Below are positions 1-13,699 of a DNA stretch of 64,000 nucleotides, piece after piece. A program made the translations under genes and the position numbers. The notes under the pieces were generated by a model that saw only the letters and a program-made list of their open reading frames with translations, had not been told where the DNA came from and made no database searches. The stretch is from Gnetum montanum (taxonomy: Eukaryota > Plantae > Gnetophyta): assembly GCA_015680685.1 (NCBI GenBank), contig MNCI01001153.1, positions 751,160 to 815,159 of the forward strand, read 5' to 3'. How positions within the stretch are numbered: position 1 is the first letter of the stretch; every line of letters starts with the position of its first letter.

Positions 1-2900
1 GCATGGAAGAAGGTGGGGTAACATCCAATCTTACTTCCCAACACACATCTAGCACAATTTTGACCCTAGAATGGGCCCCACATGACCTAGAACCCCTCTA
101 AGCATCTCCAACAACCTCAGGATCCCCCTAGACTTAATTAAAGCTGGTTGAAATCTAGGATTTTGTGCTTTCCGTGCTAGGGGAGGCTTCTTCCACATAG
201 AGCCTTTCACGCTTAGTGTGGATAGATGGGCGAAGCCAAAAATGACTTAAATTGATTACCTAATGACAACTTCTTGATGCTTGGTGATTTCTAGATGACA
301 CCAAAATCCTCTGGAGCTTTTGAAAGCATTAAAAGTGGTCAAATATGGTACAAAACTATCATACCACTCTCATCCACACTAGGGCCACCATGCCCAACAT
401 TGAAGAAAGGGGGAAGATTTCATAAGACACTTAGAAGCCTCCAAAAGATTAATTCTTGACAACCAGCATTGACTAGTGACACTAATAACCTAGGAGGTTG
501 ACATGCATGGTAAATTGGTTATCAATTTGGTCTAGATCTTGGTTTCTTCATTGAGTGAGACCTCTTTCATGTTGATCCTTCCACCCTCAATGTGGATGAA
601 AGGTGGAAAGCTTGAAAACCCACTCACAACCTTCAAAACAACTAGATCTTGACCTTAGGCATTAGTGGCCAATGCCATCACTTTGAGGACACTCATGCAT
701 AGCCAAATTGGTCATAAAAAGATAAAAATCCCTTTTCCCCAATTTTCTAGACTAAGCATGGAAGCCCTAGCATAGGGGGGGGGGCGTGGGGGTGGGATGG
801 AGGCTGGGGGAAGCTAAAAAATTACCTAATGATTCTTCAAATAACCAAATTTGAACATCATATGTCAATAGTTAGCACTTATAGCCTTAGAAGCCTACAT
901 GCATGACTGAAAGTGATCACACAAGGCCAAAAGGCTTTCCCCAAATTTTCCATGTTAAGCATGGAAGAACTAGTATGGAAAAAGGGAGGGTGGTAAGCCT
1001 AAAAAGACACTAATCAACCTTCAAAATAGCAAAATTTGACACCAGGCATTGATCATTGTTACTGGCAACCTTAGGGACCTACATGCATGACCAAAAATAA
1101 TGCAAAGGAATAAAAATCTATTCCCCACCAATTTTCTATGATAGGAATACTATTCATAGCATGAAAAAATAGGGAAAAGCTTAAAAACCACTTGGAAAAC
1201 CTATAAACTAATCAATTTTGACTCCAAACCCTAGTATTCAACCTCAACAATCCCAAAGGCTAACATGCATGATCGATTAAAGCTAAAACTAGGCTAGATC
1301 TATGTTTTATGATGTCTCCATGCTAAGAATTCCCCCATCCATGCTACCCAACATGGAAATTAATGGGAAGACCTATTTGAGATCCATAACTACCTTAGAA
1401 CAACATTAACTAAACTTGCATGCACTCTAGGACCTTTCCAACATTGTTTGGAACCTTCAAACTTTAAGAAACTAATGTCAAAAGGTTAAAAAATTATTTC
1501 CCCTAGTTTTTTATGTTGGTCATTCTAGTACTAGCATGGAAAAAAGGGGAAAGCCCAAAAAATTCTTAGAAATACCTAAAATGATCAAAACTTGACATCC
1601 TTGACCTTGATGGGCCCAGAGGTTGACATGCACAACTGATTAAATTCAAAATTAGCCTAGATCTAAGATGCAATTTTCTTCCACACTAAGGACCCTTTGT
1701 TTCACACTAAGGATAATATCCCCATTGTGAGAAATCAAGGGGATACTTATTTGGGGCTTCAAAAAACCTTATAATGACATTAAATGAACTTTTATGCACT
1801 CTAGAATTATGGAAATAATCATTAGAGCCCTTGAACTTCATGTGACTAATCCCAAATGGTCAAAAAGTGGTTCCATCTTATTTTTGATGTTGTGCTCTCC
1901 ATCCCTAGTGTGAAAATATTTGGGAATTCAAAAAAGAACTAAGGAATGCCCAAAACTACTAAAATTTGACCTAGATCCATAGCCCTTAATCTTGGAAACT
2001 TTATAAGGTAACATGCATGGTCATTTGTGACCTAAATCAATCTAGATCTAAGATGCTTCCTTCTTCCATGTAGGAGTAACTTTCCCAATGTGCAAACAAA
2101 GGGAAAAAGTTGCTATTCCACTTTTGGTCATAAGATGACACTTCTAGAAGCCAAAGATCTATGTTAGAGAAGCCCAAGACATCATAGCCGCAAGATTTTA
2201 CTTGCCTGAGCTTATTTCAACCTCCAAAATCCATTTCTCCCTTTCTTGCATGTTGGAGTAACTTCCCTAGTGTGTAAATAGGGGGAGACCTTAAGTACCC
2301 TTAAACAACCTTCAAACAAGCCTAAAATTAGTAAGAAACATGTAGAATCAAACTCTACAACCCTATGGGTCTAGAAACTTGGTCAAAGTACTTATAAATT
2401 ACTCTAAGTTCATAAAAAAAGTATCCCCCTATTTCTCCATGCTAAGGATACTATGATTAGCATGGAAAAGGAGGGGGGGGGGGGGGGGAAGCCATTTTAA
2501 CACATCTNTCTTGACACTAAAAATTACCTCAGAACAAAGCTAGGAGATGCATAAGTTCTCGATCTAGACTCTAGGTATCTATTTCATCATGTTTGAACTC
2601 ATTTTTACTTATGTTTTGGTTCTCCATGATGAAATTCTTCTTTTCTAAGTTGGCTAGTGTGGAAACAAAGGGGGAAGGCTTTAGAACCTACTTTTTGACC
2701 TTTCCAGAACTCCAAAGTGTCCAATTTTGATGGATATGACCTTGCAGTACCTTGGGAAGCTCTTCGATACTAAATTTTAGACCTCTAAGCATTCCAGAAC
2801 CTATTTTTCTTAGTTGCAACACTAAGGATCCCTATTTGCACACTGAGACTAGCATGGAAGCCTCAAAACACTTGATTTTGAATCCAAACAACCCTAATTA
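1..2900. repeat. Degenerate tandem array, ~190-bp period, units with internal inverted repeats; probably inside the protease-RT intron of a Tat/Ogre-like element
   Basis: ACATGCATG-like landmarks at ~501, 694, 897, 1081, 1264, 1627 and 2011 (spacing 183-203, then ~370). Recurring CCC..TTTTCCATGCTAAG / CTAGCATGGAAAA..GGG palindromic arms. Confidence 0.6.
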
Positions 2901-3513
2901 ATGCTTGAACTCACCTAATAGCATTGTGGCCTCAAAACATGGCCTGCTAAGTCCTAAAACTAGCAAAACCCTAACCATTTTTGGCCTTTACTAATCAAAT
3001 TTTATCATATATAACCTATTTTACATAAATTTGGCCTTATTATGTAATGTTTTGACTAAACTTATGTTGCCTTGTTGACCTTGTTAAGCTTCTATGGCCT
3101 TTATATAGCCTTATATGTTTGTCTTATTATAGCTCTCCTTACCTTTGTTTGGCCTTTAAATGATATCAAATAGTGGGGTTTAACCTTCCCTAGCCATCAT
3201 TTTACATCATATCATCATGGCCTACTAAGGCCTTAAACTAGCATCTTAGTCAACCAAGACTATAAATTAGCATCATGGCCTGCTAAGGCTTTAAACTAGC
3301 AAAATTATGATCTTGATTGACCAATTGTAACCTTATACTTCCCCTTGCTTAACTTTTATGTGATCTTTATTTACCTTTATTGTGCTTTGCCAAATTAACC
3401 TTATCTCACTGATGACCTTGGATGGCCTTGATTGTATTAGATTTGCATGTGTTTTATGGCATTTGTAACATTATTTATTCACTTTTACCCATGTTCTTTT
3501 AGTTGACATGTAG

Positions 3514-5500
3514 GATAAGAGTATGAGTATGTGGAAAAAAATTAGTTTTCCCTTATGTCTGCATGGACCTCATGGTAATATTAAATGGTGTACTGACCCT
3601 AATTACCTAGATCTTGAGCCTAAGAGTCTTGTAAACCACATAGCCTCAATAGAGAAACCTCTAGAATGGTCTAAAAACCTATTTAAAAGCATTGACTTAG
3701 AAGAAAGAGACATAGCCAAAGACTCTCTGGTTGAAGTTCCTATCATAGCACATAGTGATGAGAAGAAAACCCTTAAACTAAGTTCTGCACTAGAGCCTTA
3801 ATGTGCTCAAGACATCACCAAGATCTTACAAAATAACATTAAGGCATTTTCCTAGTCATATGAAGATATGCTATTCCTAGAACCATGTCTAGTCCAACAC
3901 AACATCATATTGGACCCTAGCATTAAACCAATTTAGCAAAAAGTGTGAAAAATTAGACTTGATTTGGCCTTGGTAGTTCACGATGAAATCTTAAAGACCT
4001 ACCAAGTAGGTTTCATTGGGGCTATAGATTATGTAAAATGGGTATCCAACATAGTGGTAGTCCCTAAGAAAAATTGGAGTATCTATATTTGCATTGATTT
4101 TTAAGAGCTAAATAAAGCAACTATTAAGGATGACTTCCGTTTGCTTAGTATTGATCAACTTATCAATACCATAGCTAGACATGCCTTGTTGTCCTTTATA
4201 GGTAGACTTTTAGCATATAACCAAATTAGGATCAACCTAGACCACCAACTTAGCACAACCTTTATGATCCCATGGGGTACTTTGCATTATATCATGATGC
4301 CCTTTGGCCTTAGGAACATCAGAGTGACATACGTATATCTTTAGTGATTACATGTTAGGCTTTCTTAATGATTACATAGATGACATAGCCATGAAGTCTA
4401 AGATGGTTGATGACCATGCTAATGACCTAGATCTTGTGCTTAAACAATGCCTCAAATACAAGCTTAGGCTTAATCTTAAGAACTATGTCTTTAGTTTCAT
4501 GATCTATAAGATGCTTAGCTTTGTAGTATCTAAAGCAGGGATATGCATAGATCTTGATAAGGTTAAGGTCATATCCAAATTATTAGCACCTACCAACCTT
4601 AAAGAGCTTTTGGAATTACAAGATAGATTACAATTTATTCATAGGTTTATCGCTAGGCTTATGAATAAGTTATAGCTCATGCAATGCTTACTTAAGAAAG
4701 GAGTTCACTATGAGTGGATAGCTCAATGGAAAGAGGCCTTTGAAAACCTTAAAAAAGAGTTGACACAACTACCAATGGTCTATTATCTACAAGAGGGTAA
4801 ACTATTTTACATTTATCTCACCATATTTGATACATCCATTGCCTATCTACTCTATCAGAAATGTGATGACAGAATAGAAATGCCTACATACTACCTTAGC
4901 CATACATTAGTTGCCCACAAGACCTAATACACTAAAGTGGAGAAGAATTTTCTAGCACTAGTCTTTTCATTGAAGAAATGGAGATACTACCTCTTCAAAA
5001 GCTAAGTCAATGTAATTTGCAAGGATAACATACTTAGAGTTATAACAATAAACATCTATGAAAGTAGCCATATAGCTTGATGGAAAGCCATAACCACAAA
5101 GTTTGACCTCTATTACATCTCTTAATCCTCAACAAAAGGTCAAGCTATAGCTATACAACTCATAGTTTCACCTATTGATGATCAAGAAACTATAGATTTT
5201 GAGTTTTTTGATGAACACATTGACATAGTTAGCCAAGTACCTGAGTGTTATGATGGAGTCATAAACTTTTATGGAGCTTCAACCATCCATGGGACTAGTA
5301 CTATTGCCATTGTAATATTCCCATCCAGTGAGATCCAATCCTTTGCCTATCATTTTGGATTCCCATGTACCAACAACATAGTGGAATATGAGGCTTTAAT
5401 TAGAGGGATGATGATAGCTTTTAATCTAGGAATTAGATGCCTAGTCATCAAAGGTGATTCATAACTTGTGGTTAACCAAGTAACCAAAGTCTATGCATGA
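3514..5500 (+). pseudogene. Degenerate Ty3/gypsy Tat/Ogre-type pol fragment: RT - RNase H - additional (archaeal-type) RNase H
   Basis: ORF fragments AYNQIRI..TTFMIPWG..MMPFGL, YIDDI, IDLDKVKVI and YYLSH, followed by an aRH-like GFPCTNNIVEYEALIRG. Many stops. Homologous to the minus-strand pol at 15000-17149. Confidence 0.85.
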
Positions 5501-8500
5501 AATTCTTGGGGGTTGAACATAAATTAACAAAACCGTACCATCCCAAGCTAATAGTCAAGTGGAAGTTAAAAATAGGGAAATAACAAATATACTAACAAGA
5601 ACTATTAGTAAATATAGGAGGGATTAGAGCTCAAAATTCAACACTGTCCTTTGGGCCTATTACTCTACTTGGAAACTTCCTATTGGTTATTTTCCCTATG
5701 AGCTTATGTACAGAAAGTTACCAACTCTTCCCATCCACACAGAGCTCTGTACACTATCAATGGCTTGTGGCCTTGACCTTCACCTAATTCTAGCATAGAA
5801 AGAAAGATTGATGAACCTCAACCTATAAGATGAGAATTGATTGGTGTCCTTATCATCTAACAAGTTGCACAAGGCATTTAATAAGAAATGTCATGACCTT
5901 AGAATAAAAGAAGTAAAATTCCAACTAGGAGATAGGATCCTTTACTAGAATCCCACATAAGTACAACAAAAAACTAAGTTCCAAACATTGTGGAAGGGGC
6001 ATTACATTATCTACAAAACCTTTTCTTCTAGGGTCATGTTAAATTACAAACTTGAAAGCCCAAATAAAATGTTGCTAGTTGACATCGAACAAATAGAGCC
6101 CTTTCATGAATTCAAAAGATCTAGTATTCAAAAAACCTCAATGAATGGATATACATGCTTAATTTTTTAGATCTCATCTTTCCAACTTTGTCATGGGGAA
6201 GACAACTATCCATGCTGAGCCATCTTAGTTTTTCACTTTTTGTTTTAAATTGTTCTTAGTAGATTTTCTCTTTCTTAAATATTTTACTTTATTTGGTTTG
6301 GATTTCTTTCATGATATTCTAATGTTTTATTTTATTTTTTTCCTCTATTGCCAGCAGGACTAAGTGCAAATGTAGCTACTGATTGATGATGGTTTGTACT
6401 ATAATGTTATTTGAATGCTAGTTTCTAGATTCTATTTATAAATTTTGGTATTAATAACTAAGACATGATTTTCTTTTCATGAAAATAGGTAGTGAGTCCA
6501 CGTCATCCACCCATCCACAAAACTCTATGGTGTTCCCTTGTTTTGGAAATATGTGGTCCCTTCTTAAATAAAACATTTAACAAACTTGTGACCTTGGTGG
6601 TTTCCAAACTTGGAAAGAATTAAATGGATAGATAAGGATGTGAATTCAAAGGGATTATATGCTCTTGTTACTTGCCTACTCTCTTAGATGCATGAGTGTT
6701 CTCATGGATTTCTCATGATTCCATTGTTGATCAATAATAGGAAGCTTAAGGTCTTTGCATGGTGTGGTTCTTATAAAAAACAAACAAAAATAAAAAAACC
6801 AAACAATAATGGGATTTTAAAGCATGCCAATTAGACACAGTATTGGGCTACAAGCATTCATTATGGAACTAGAAAGACATATTACCCATGCCTGAAGGTC
6901 CCCTCTAACTAAGGCTCATCTCACTTCTTACTTCTCTTTTTTCTTATTTTAGCAATGGTGATTGATCTATGGGAATATTCTTATAATTTATGGAGGGGCG
7001 AATTTTAGAGTGTCAATGTGAAGTCACTGGAGGTTTTTGATTTTAATTCAGACTAAGGATGGATATTATCAATTCATATTAATAAAGAAATCCACAAGGA
7101 ATTGCATGTGATCATGATATGGAACTCCATTCCACTCTCTACCTTATCCACCTATGCTTTCAATATCTCATCTCACTACCTCTTTTCATGTCTTATTCAA
7201 TTTCTTAGTTTGATGTGTCAAAACTCTTAGGTCATTTCTTTCAAGATCTGATCCTTAACTAACAATGACCATTAATCATCCATGAGGCCCATAGATCCCT
7301 TGGCTTGAGGATATGCAAGGGCATTAAGGGCATGGACCTACTATGGTGACGATCCACTTGCATTCCTTTTGGTTAGGCTAGTTAAATTCCTTATCCTTAG
7401 GCATCTTTGCATTTAAACCTTCTACATTCCACATCATTTATGTCTAGTTATGCATTCCTTCATGGCATTTCTCCATCATTTTCCCAATTAAATCTCCTAT
7501 TTGTGGATTATCTTTCCCTCTTCATGCATTTCATCATGGTCTAGGCTTCTTGGGCTCCCTTTGGACATCAATTTTTTGTGAAAACTCTTTGTTTTTACTC
7601 ATTTTTCAAAGTTAAAAAATTTATCTTTAGGCCCTATCGATGGAGTTAGTTGCATCAACATGATCCTATTGATGCAAGGAAAAAATTCTATAAATGACAC
7701 CCAACAGTTTGCCAATTTTTTCCATTTACTTCAAATGCAAAAGGATTTTTTGCAAATTTTCAAAGCCCCAAACCTTCAAGAGCCCATATCTTTTAAACTG
7801 CTTGTTCAATTACCTTTTTTTTGTTCTTGTAGCTACTAGAGGTGAACTCTTCATCATGGGGGCCACAAACCTTCGATATTTTAATGAAACATTTTTCAAT
7901 TTTTTTCTAACTCCCACAAGGTTTAACTAATAAAATAATATTAAAATCACTAAGTTATGGGAGTTAAACCTCTCCAACAAACTCTAATAGACATTAAAAT
8001 GAAATAATAATAGTAAAATAATATTTAAATAATTGAATTTGTCATGATCACAACTTAGCCAAGTGTAACTAACCTAGATAGGTAAGGTACCCAAGTATTC
8101 TGAAGTTACACATCAAACACTAATCCTTGATGATGTTGTGATTATAGATGGTACCAAGACCTAAGTAGTCATGGGAAGGATGATTTTCTTAACCAAGGGA
8201 AAATTAGCGCAAAACTAGAAGGGGCTAACAAAAATAATCCTAGGAGAAAGTAATAGAAACTCATGTAAGAAGATCTCTTTGGAAGGAGCTTGAAGTGAAA
8301 TTTGTTCATTAGATTCCCCAAACTAATATAGATTAATTGCATCAGGATGATGCACTAGGACCAAGGCCAATCCTTGAGGTCACATTGACTAATGTTTGCC
8401 TTGGGTAGATTTATTCTAGGGATATCCAACATTTAGTTCTCCAAGAATTAAACTTTGGTACCTTCCTAGACTTTAACCTAGAAGATTTCAGAATGCAACT

Positions 8501-9805
8501 GCAAAGTTTTCCCATATGACCAATCATGACTTCCAGAGGAAAGTGGTACATGGAAGAGACCTATCTCTTTTGGAACAATAGACAACCTGGAACCATCATG
8601 AAAATGAAGGACATAAGTGTGTCCTACTCAGTAAAGGCCATCTCGTAGGCCCTTGGTCTACCTAAAACTAGAACCAAGCTGGTAGAGATCTCTACACAAG
8701 TAGATCTAGAGGTCAAAAAGAAGTCGTGCACTCACCATGGTAGAACATGTGTACTTCAAGATAGTGGCCTACCACCTCAATTTGATGGTAAGGCCTAGCA
8801 AGGTGGCTACCTTCTTTGCCTATGTGTGCACTACTCTAAGCTTGAAATTTCCTGTTAACCTCCCACAACTAATCTATCTAGAGATAGAGAAGTGATTTAA
8901 ATAAAATGAACATGGGAGAAAGACACTTCCCTTCCCATGCCTCATCTAGAAATTATGCAAAAGAGGAGGGATAGCTTACTACTCCACCAATACATTCAAA
9001 CAAGCTCCTACTACCTCTTGGGTGGAAATGATAAAAGATAAGGTCCCTACCATGACTAAGGAAGAGGAGCAACCACCACCACCACCCACTTATGAAATAA
9101 AATTGGAGGTGTGTGCTGCCATGGAGTGCATGCAATAGCTCTAAGAATAAATCTTATAACAACAATAAGATATTCCAAGTGGTGGCTCATTTATCTACTG
9201 ACCAACCTTGAGCCATTTGAATGAGGTAACTCATACAATAAGCTAGTTAGAGAACATGACACCAACTTTCTTTGCCTGAAGAACATAGGTAGTTACATGC
9301 TTGAATCCAAATGCGCAAGAGGTAATGGTATCCATTCTAGAACAACAGAAGTTCCTAGTGTGCTTGGAGGTGGAGGATGTTGCTACCTTCTTAGTGTGCT
9401 TGGAGTTGGGTGATGGGATGACTATCTTGGTGATGTAGCATCAATAGTAAAAATGGTGGTCAAGGTGATAGCAAATTGAATGGGTGAGGTCATAAATTTT
9501 CTTATGACATCTATGTTGAATGGTGCTTCACTCAGAGATGTGTAGACACCTATAAGAATGATCTCTAGGAGATTTAGTACAACTCAACATGAGGAATTGT
9601 TTGAAATACTAGTGGGAATATGACAACTAATTTTAGAGTTCTTTGACCTCCTAGATGACATCACTGCTACCAACTCAGTGTGGTTATAGGCAAGGGATAT
9701 GTGCATCATTGTAAAGGCTCAACTTCAAATAGCTAGAGCTAGAAAGCAATGCTTGGCTATGGAGGTTGTAGAATTTAGAGCCTAGCTTGTTAATCCCATA
9801 GTACT

Positions 9806-11774
9806 TGTAGCATCCAAAAATGTTGGTGGCTAGAACACCAAGGATCACTGGGTACACAGCCTAACCCCGAGTCTATGGAAGGGTCGTATTGGAGAAGACT
9901 AAAATGGGGTGCCATGAATGGTCTAGTCAATTAGATAGGGACTTATGTGATGTACAATAACTATTTGTGAATATAGTTTTGAAAGCATCACATGTGGGAG
10001 CCAGGACAAGTAAGAACAAGACATACACAACAATGTGAGTGTACCAATGTGTATTGACAATAGAACTAAGTAATTATGTTAACAATTTGAAATACATGCT
10101 GAAATGAAATAAAGTGCAAGTTTAGGTGAAGAAATGAACCACCCCAAGTTTGGGGAATGTAGCTCTTAATTAAGTGATGTATTAAACTTGTACACAGTAT
10201 TAGACAGGCATAACAAGACAACAAGGTAGTATGCTCACAATCTCTGGGACATTGGAAACACGGTGCTAGTAGCCACCAGGGGAGCTAAACCTACTAGGTT
10301 GGTCATTGTCATGTTGTGCAAGTATGGGGTCATTATTATCAATAAGGTGTCATGCTCAAGTGATCAAGTGCAGAGGTGAGGAAAATTTTGGGAATGCTCT
10401 AATTCTAAGATTTTCCAATCATCAACTCTTCACTTGCCAATCTTTTGCAAAATCCAACTATAAAATACTAGAGCCACGGTTGATGACGGACATGGATTGG
10501 GTGCCACATGGCCTGGGTCCCACATAGCATGAGTATGAGCAAGTCACATTGACATGCTATGCTCAAAGTGTTAAGCTCAATAGTGCTACACTTTACATGA
10601 TAGGAATGGGAATTGAAAATCCACCAAACTATGACCATACTACATGAACTACATGTGCTAAATTCTGAAGGACTAACATGTACCTACAAATAATGTGAAA
10701 ACATAATGCAATTTAGAGCCTACACTCTAGGACTAAATCTTCCCCCTCTTTTGATTAGGATCAAGTGTAGGAACAATTCTGGGAATCAATAAGAGATGTA
10801 CTAGAAGGATGTTGGAGCTAAGAAGAAGATTGATGCAAATTTTTTCGAGCTCTTGGAGGCATTCGAAGGTGTTTTCCAAGTGTTATGCTATCTATGCTGC
10901 CTAGCATGATGAAGTGTAGCATGAACACTTAGAAACTTTTTGTAGTTTTCAGCTTGCTAGATTATCTATGCTGCATAGCATAGCTAAGCATAGCATCCAT
11001 TTTACAATGAATTTGATCAAAACTAAAAATTCCACTCTAGGATGTATTAAGATAGGAAACTTTAGCAACCAGAAAATGCATCTTCCATGTTAGAATAGCC
11101 TAATGCCTCTTATTTTCACACTTAGAAAAATATTTTCCTCGAAAACCTATAATGTTGGTTGTGCTATGTAGTGTAGTAGGGTGTAGCAACAATGTTGTAT
11201 GAATTTTTCCAAAATTCACAAGGTTTCTTTATGGAATTTTGACCATACTCTAAAGGTGAAGCAAGACAGGTAGTCTCAGTAATTAGAAAATTACCAAATT
11301 TGACAAACTCCAAATCCAACACTTAGAAAACTTTGAGCTCCTGAACTTGTCCTACGTTGTCTATTTTGTGTAGCTTACCAACCCCAAAAGATAGAAAAAT
11401 TGCCAAACTAGTTTTTCCATACTAAGCACCTTTGATATCTCCTAGCTTGGCACTTATGTGGACTAGCGATTGAGACATGTGTCAAGCTAAGCAAGCCAAA
11501 GAGCATAGCAAGCTTGACGGCCCAAGAGATAGAACATTTGCCAAATTATTTAGTCCATCCTCAGTGCCCTTCCTTGGAAACATGTGCTATATTGGTTGTG
11601 CTAGGGAGTCTAGCAAGAAAACTTAGAAAAATTTTGCAAACATTAGGATTTCCAGTGTGCTATGCTATCTACGCTATGCAATGTGATTCCAGACTTAGAA
11701 AAATTTTTCCCAAGTCTTGACACTTAGACAATTTTGTTGTTGAGTTGCAAGAGCCTGAAAGTAGTGGTGTTTCA
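9806..11774 (-). repeat. 3' LTR of the Tat/Ogre-like element
   Basis: Plus-strand TGTAGC...GTTTCA; colinear with 27355-29394. Confidence 0.9.
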
Positions 11775-13339
11775 TTGGTCCCTCTTTGTCAACGTCTAGA
11801 GGATTGACTTGAGAGATGTCAACAAAGAATGCGAAACACCATGATGAACATGACACCAACATCATTTTCCAGTACCCACTTGGACAATGCTTTGTTATGC
11901 TTGAGAGTGCCAAGGCATGAAGTATGGTAGGGAACTAAGGATAGGTTCAAGGAGATGGGTTAGGGGATAATGGATGGAAAGGATAACTATGGGATGTAAT
12001 GCCATGATAGGCTATTGCTATAGTATGATCCCTCATCAAAGTGCTTCTAAGGGAATTAGTATGTAGAGGCATCCTATCTTTTGGATTTCAACCTCTCATT
12101 GGAATGCTTATGAGACAGTCGATCTAGTTGCAAGATGGTAACTATGTCATTTGACTTGAGCATTTAGCTAGTTCCATTTTCGTTTCTACTTTCTCTTCTC
12201 TTCTTCTCTTTTCCCTTTTTTATGCTTTCTTTATCCTTGCTTCTTCTCTCTTCTTTTTTCTTTTCCTTTTCTCTTCTATATTTCTAGGTGAATTGCATGC
12301 CCATATCCACTTAAAGGCAAATGCATCGCAATTGTAAGATAGGTGTTTCCTACCTAGGATGAATTGTGTTACATCTAGGTGGGGCTTTCACTAGCCTACA
12401 ATGGCTTCCCATGGGATGAGTTGCATTATGTTTGTCATGGGTTCAACAATTAAGCATGGGAAAGGGTTTCATATGCATTGGAGAATCTTGTAAAAGATGT
12501 GGAATATTGCAAGAGCAAGAGGTAGAGGTTAGGTTAGTTGAGGGGATATTAGGGTATGCACTCTCAAGTAGCTAGGCTAGCCAAAGTAGATACATTGGAA
12601 TAATGTAGCGTCTTGCTCTCAAGGTGAAATGGATTCCTAAACAATGCGATCCATGCTTTATCCTACAAACACAACATAAAGAAAACAAGAGAAAACAACC
12701 ACTATGTGAGGTGAGGGAAAATTCCTACCTACTTGGAACACTACATGGGTTGCGAGCGCTATGTTAGATGCATGCAATGTCCAAAGTAGGAAGGCTAGTA
12801 TAGGCATCAATAGTGGTATTTTGGAAAGCTCCAGAAACCACACTAGAAGTGAGCACTTAAGAGGCTAGGAGCAATGGTGATGCTAGTGCTCCGACATTCT
12901 CACCAAAGGTAGGAGCCACGAAATTCAACTATAGGGTGAAGTGTCATGCTGCTAAATGCTCTTCCAAACTTTGACAATGGTGAGGGTTGGAGGATGGTAG
13001 CATTGTAGCTAGGCCATAGTACTATTAGGACTCCAACAGGAAGTGCTAACAATAAGAGCTACAACTAGGATGATTGGTGATGGTGGCGATAGCTCTAGAA
13101 GGTTAACATGAGGCCAAATGACATCTCCAAAAGATCAGCAAGATGCTAGGTATGGAAACATTGTAAATGTTCTAGAGGGTTTTCCCCTAACAATGTGAAT
13201 TTCATTCTAGAACTACAATGCCCCACCCCATCCTACCTAAGAGGAATGAATAGGCAACAGAAGATTGGAACTATTCTCGCTCACTTGTTCATAGGATCAT
13301 GTATGTTGAGGCATAGATGCTAAATTGTAAACCTAGTTT

Positions 13340-13665
13340 TAGGTATTGGTAGATTATTGGTTGTGCTAGTTTAATTCTCAATAGACCATGATCCCAGTTT
13401 AAGATTCGGGCAGATCATGCTATGCAAGTTTAAGGTCTTAGCAAACTATTGTGCTAGTTTAACATCATAGAGGATGGTGGATGGCCAAGTTAAGGTCATA
13501 GCAGACCATGCTATGGGTGCTAGTTTCATGTCATAGCCCAAGGACATTCTATGCTAGTTTAACATCATAGCGAATCAACTATTTCAATTTAATGTCATAG
13601 TAGATGTTCTATGCCAGTTTAACATCATAGCAGACATCATACGCTAGTTTAATATCATAGCAAAC
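13340..13665. repeat. Short tandem repeats (~38-50 bp, GCTAGTTTAA..CATAGCAGAC core) 3' of the integrase
   Basis: About 8 visible degenerate copies of TAGTTTAA(C/G)(A/G)TCATAG. Confidence 0.75.
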
Positions 13666-13699
13666 ATTTTTCTTACCTTACTTTCATTGTCAATGTGAT

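Noticed and set aside
13340-13665. Repeat-spacer pattern resembling a CRISPR array
   Set aside because: Eukaryotic retroelement context, degenerate units, no unique spacers and no cas genes.
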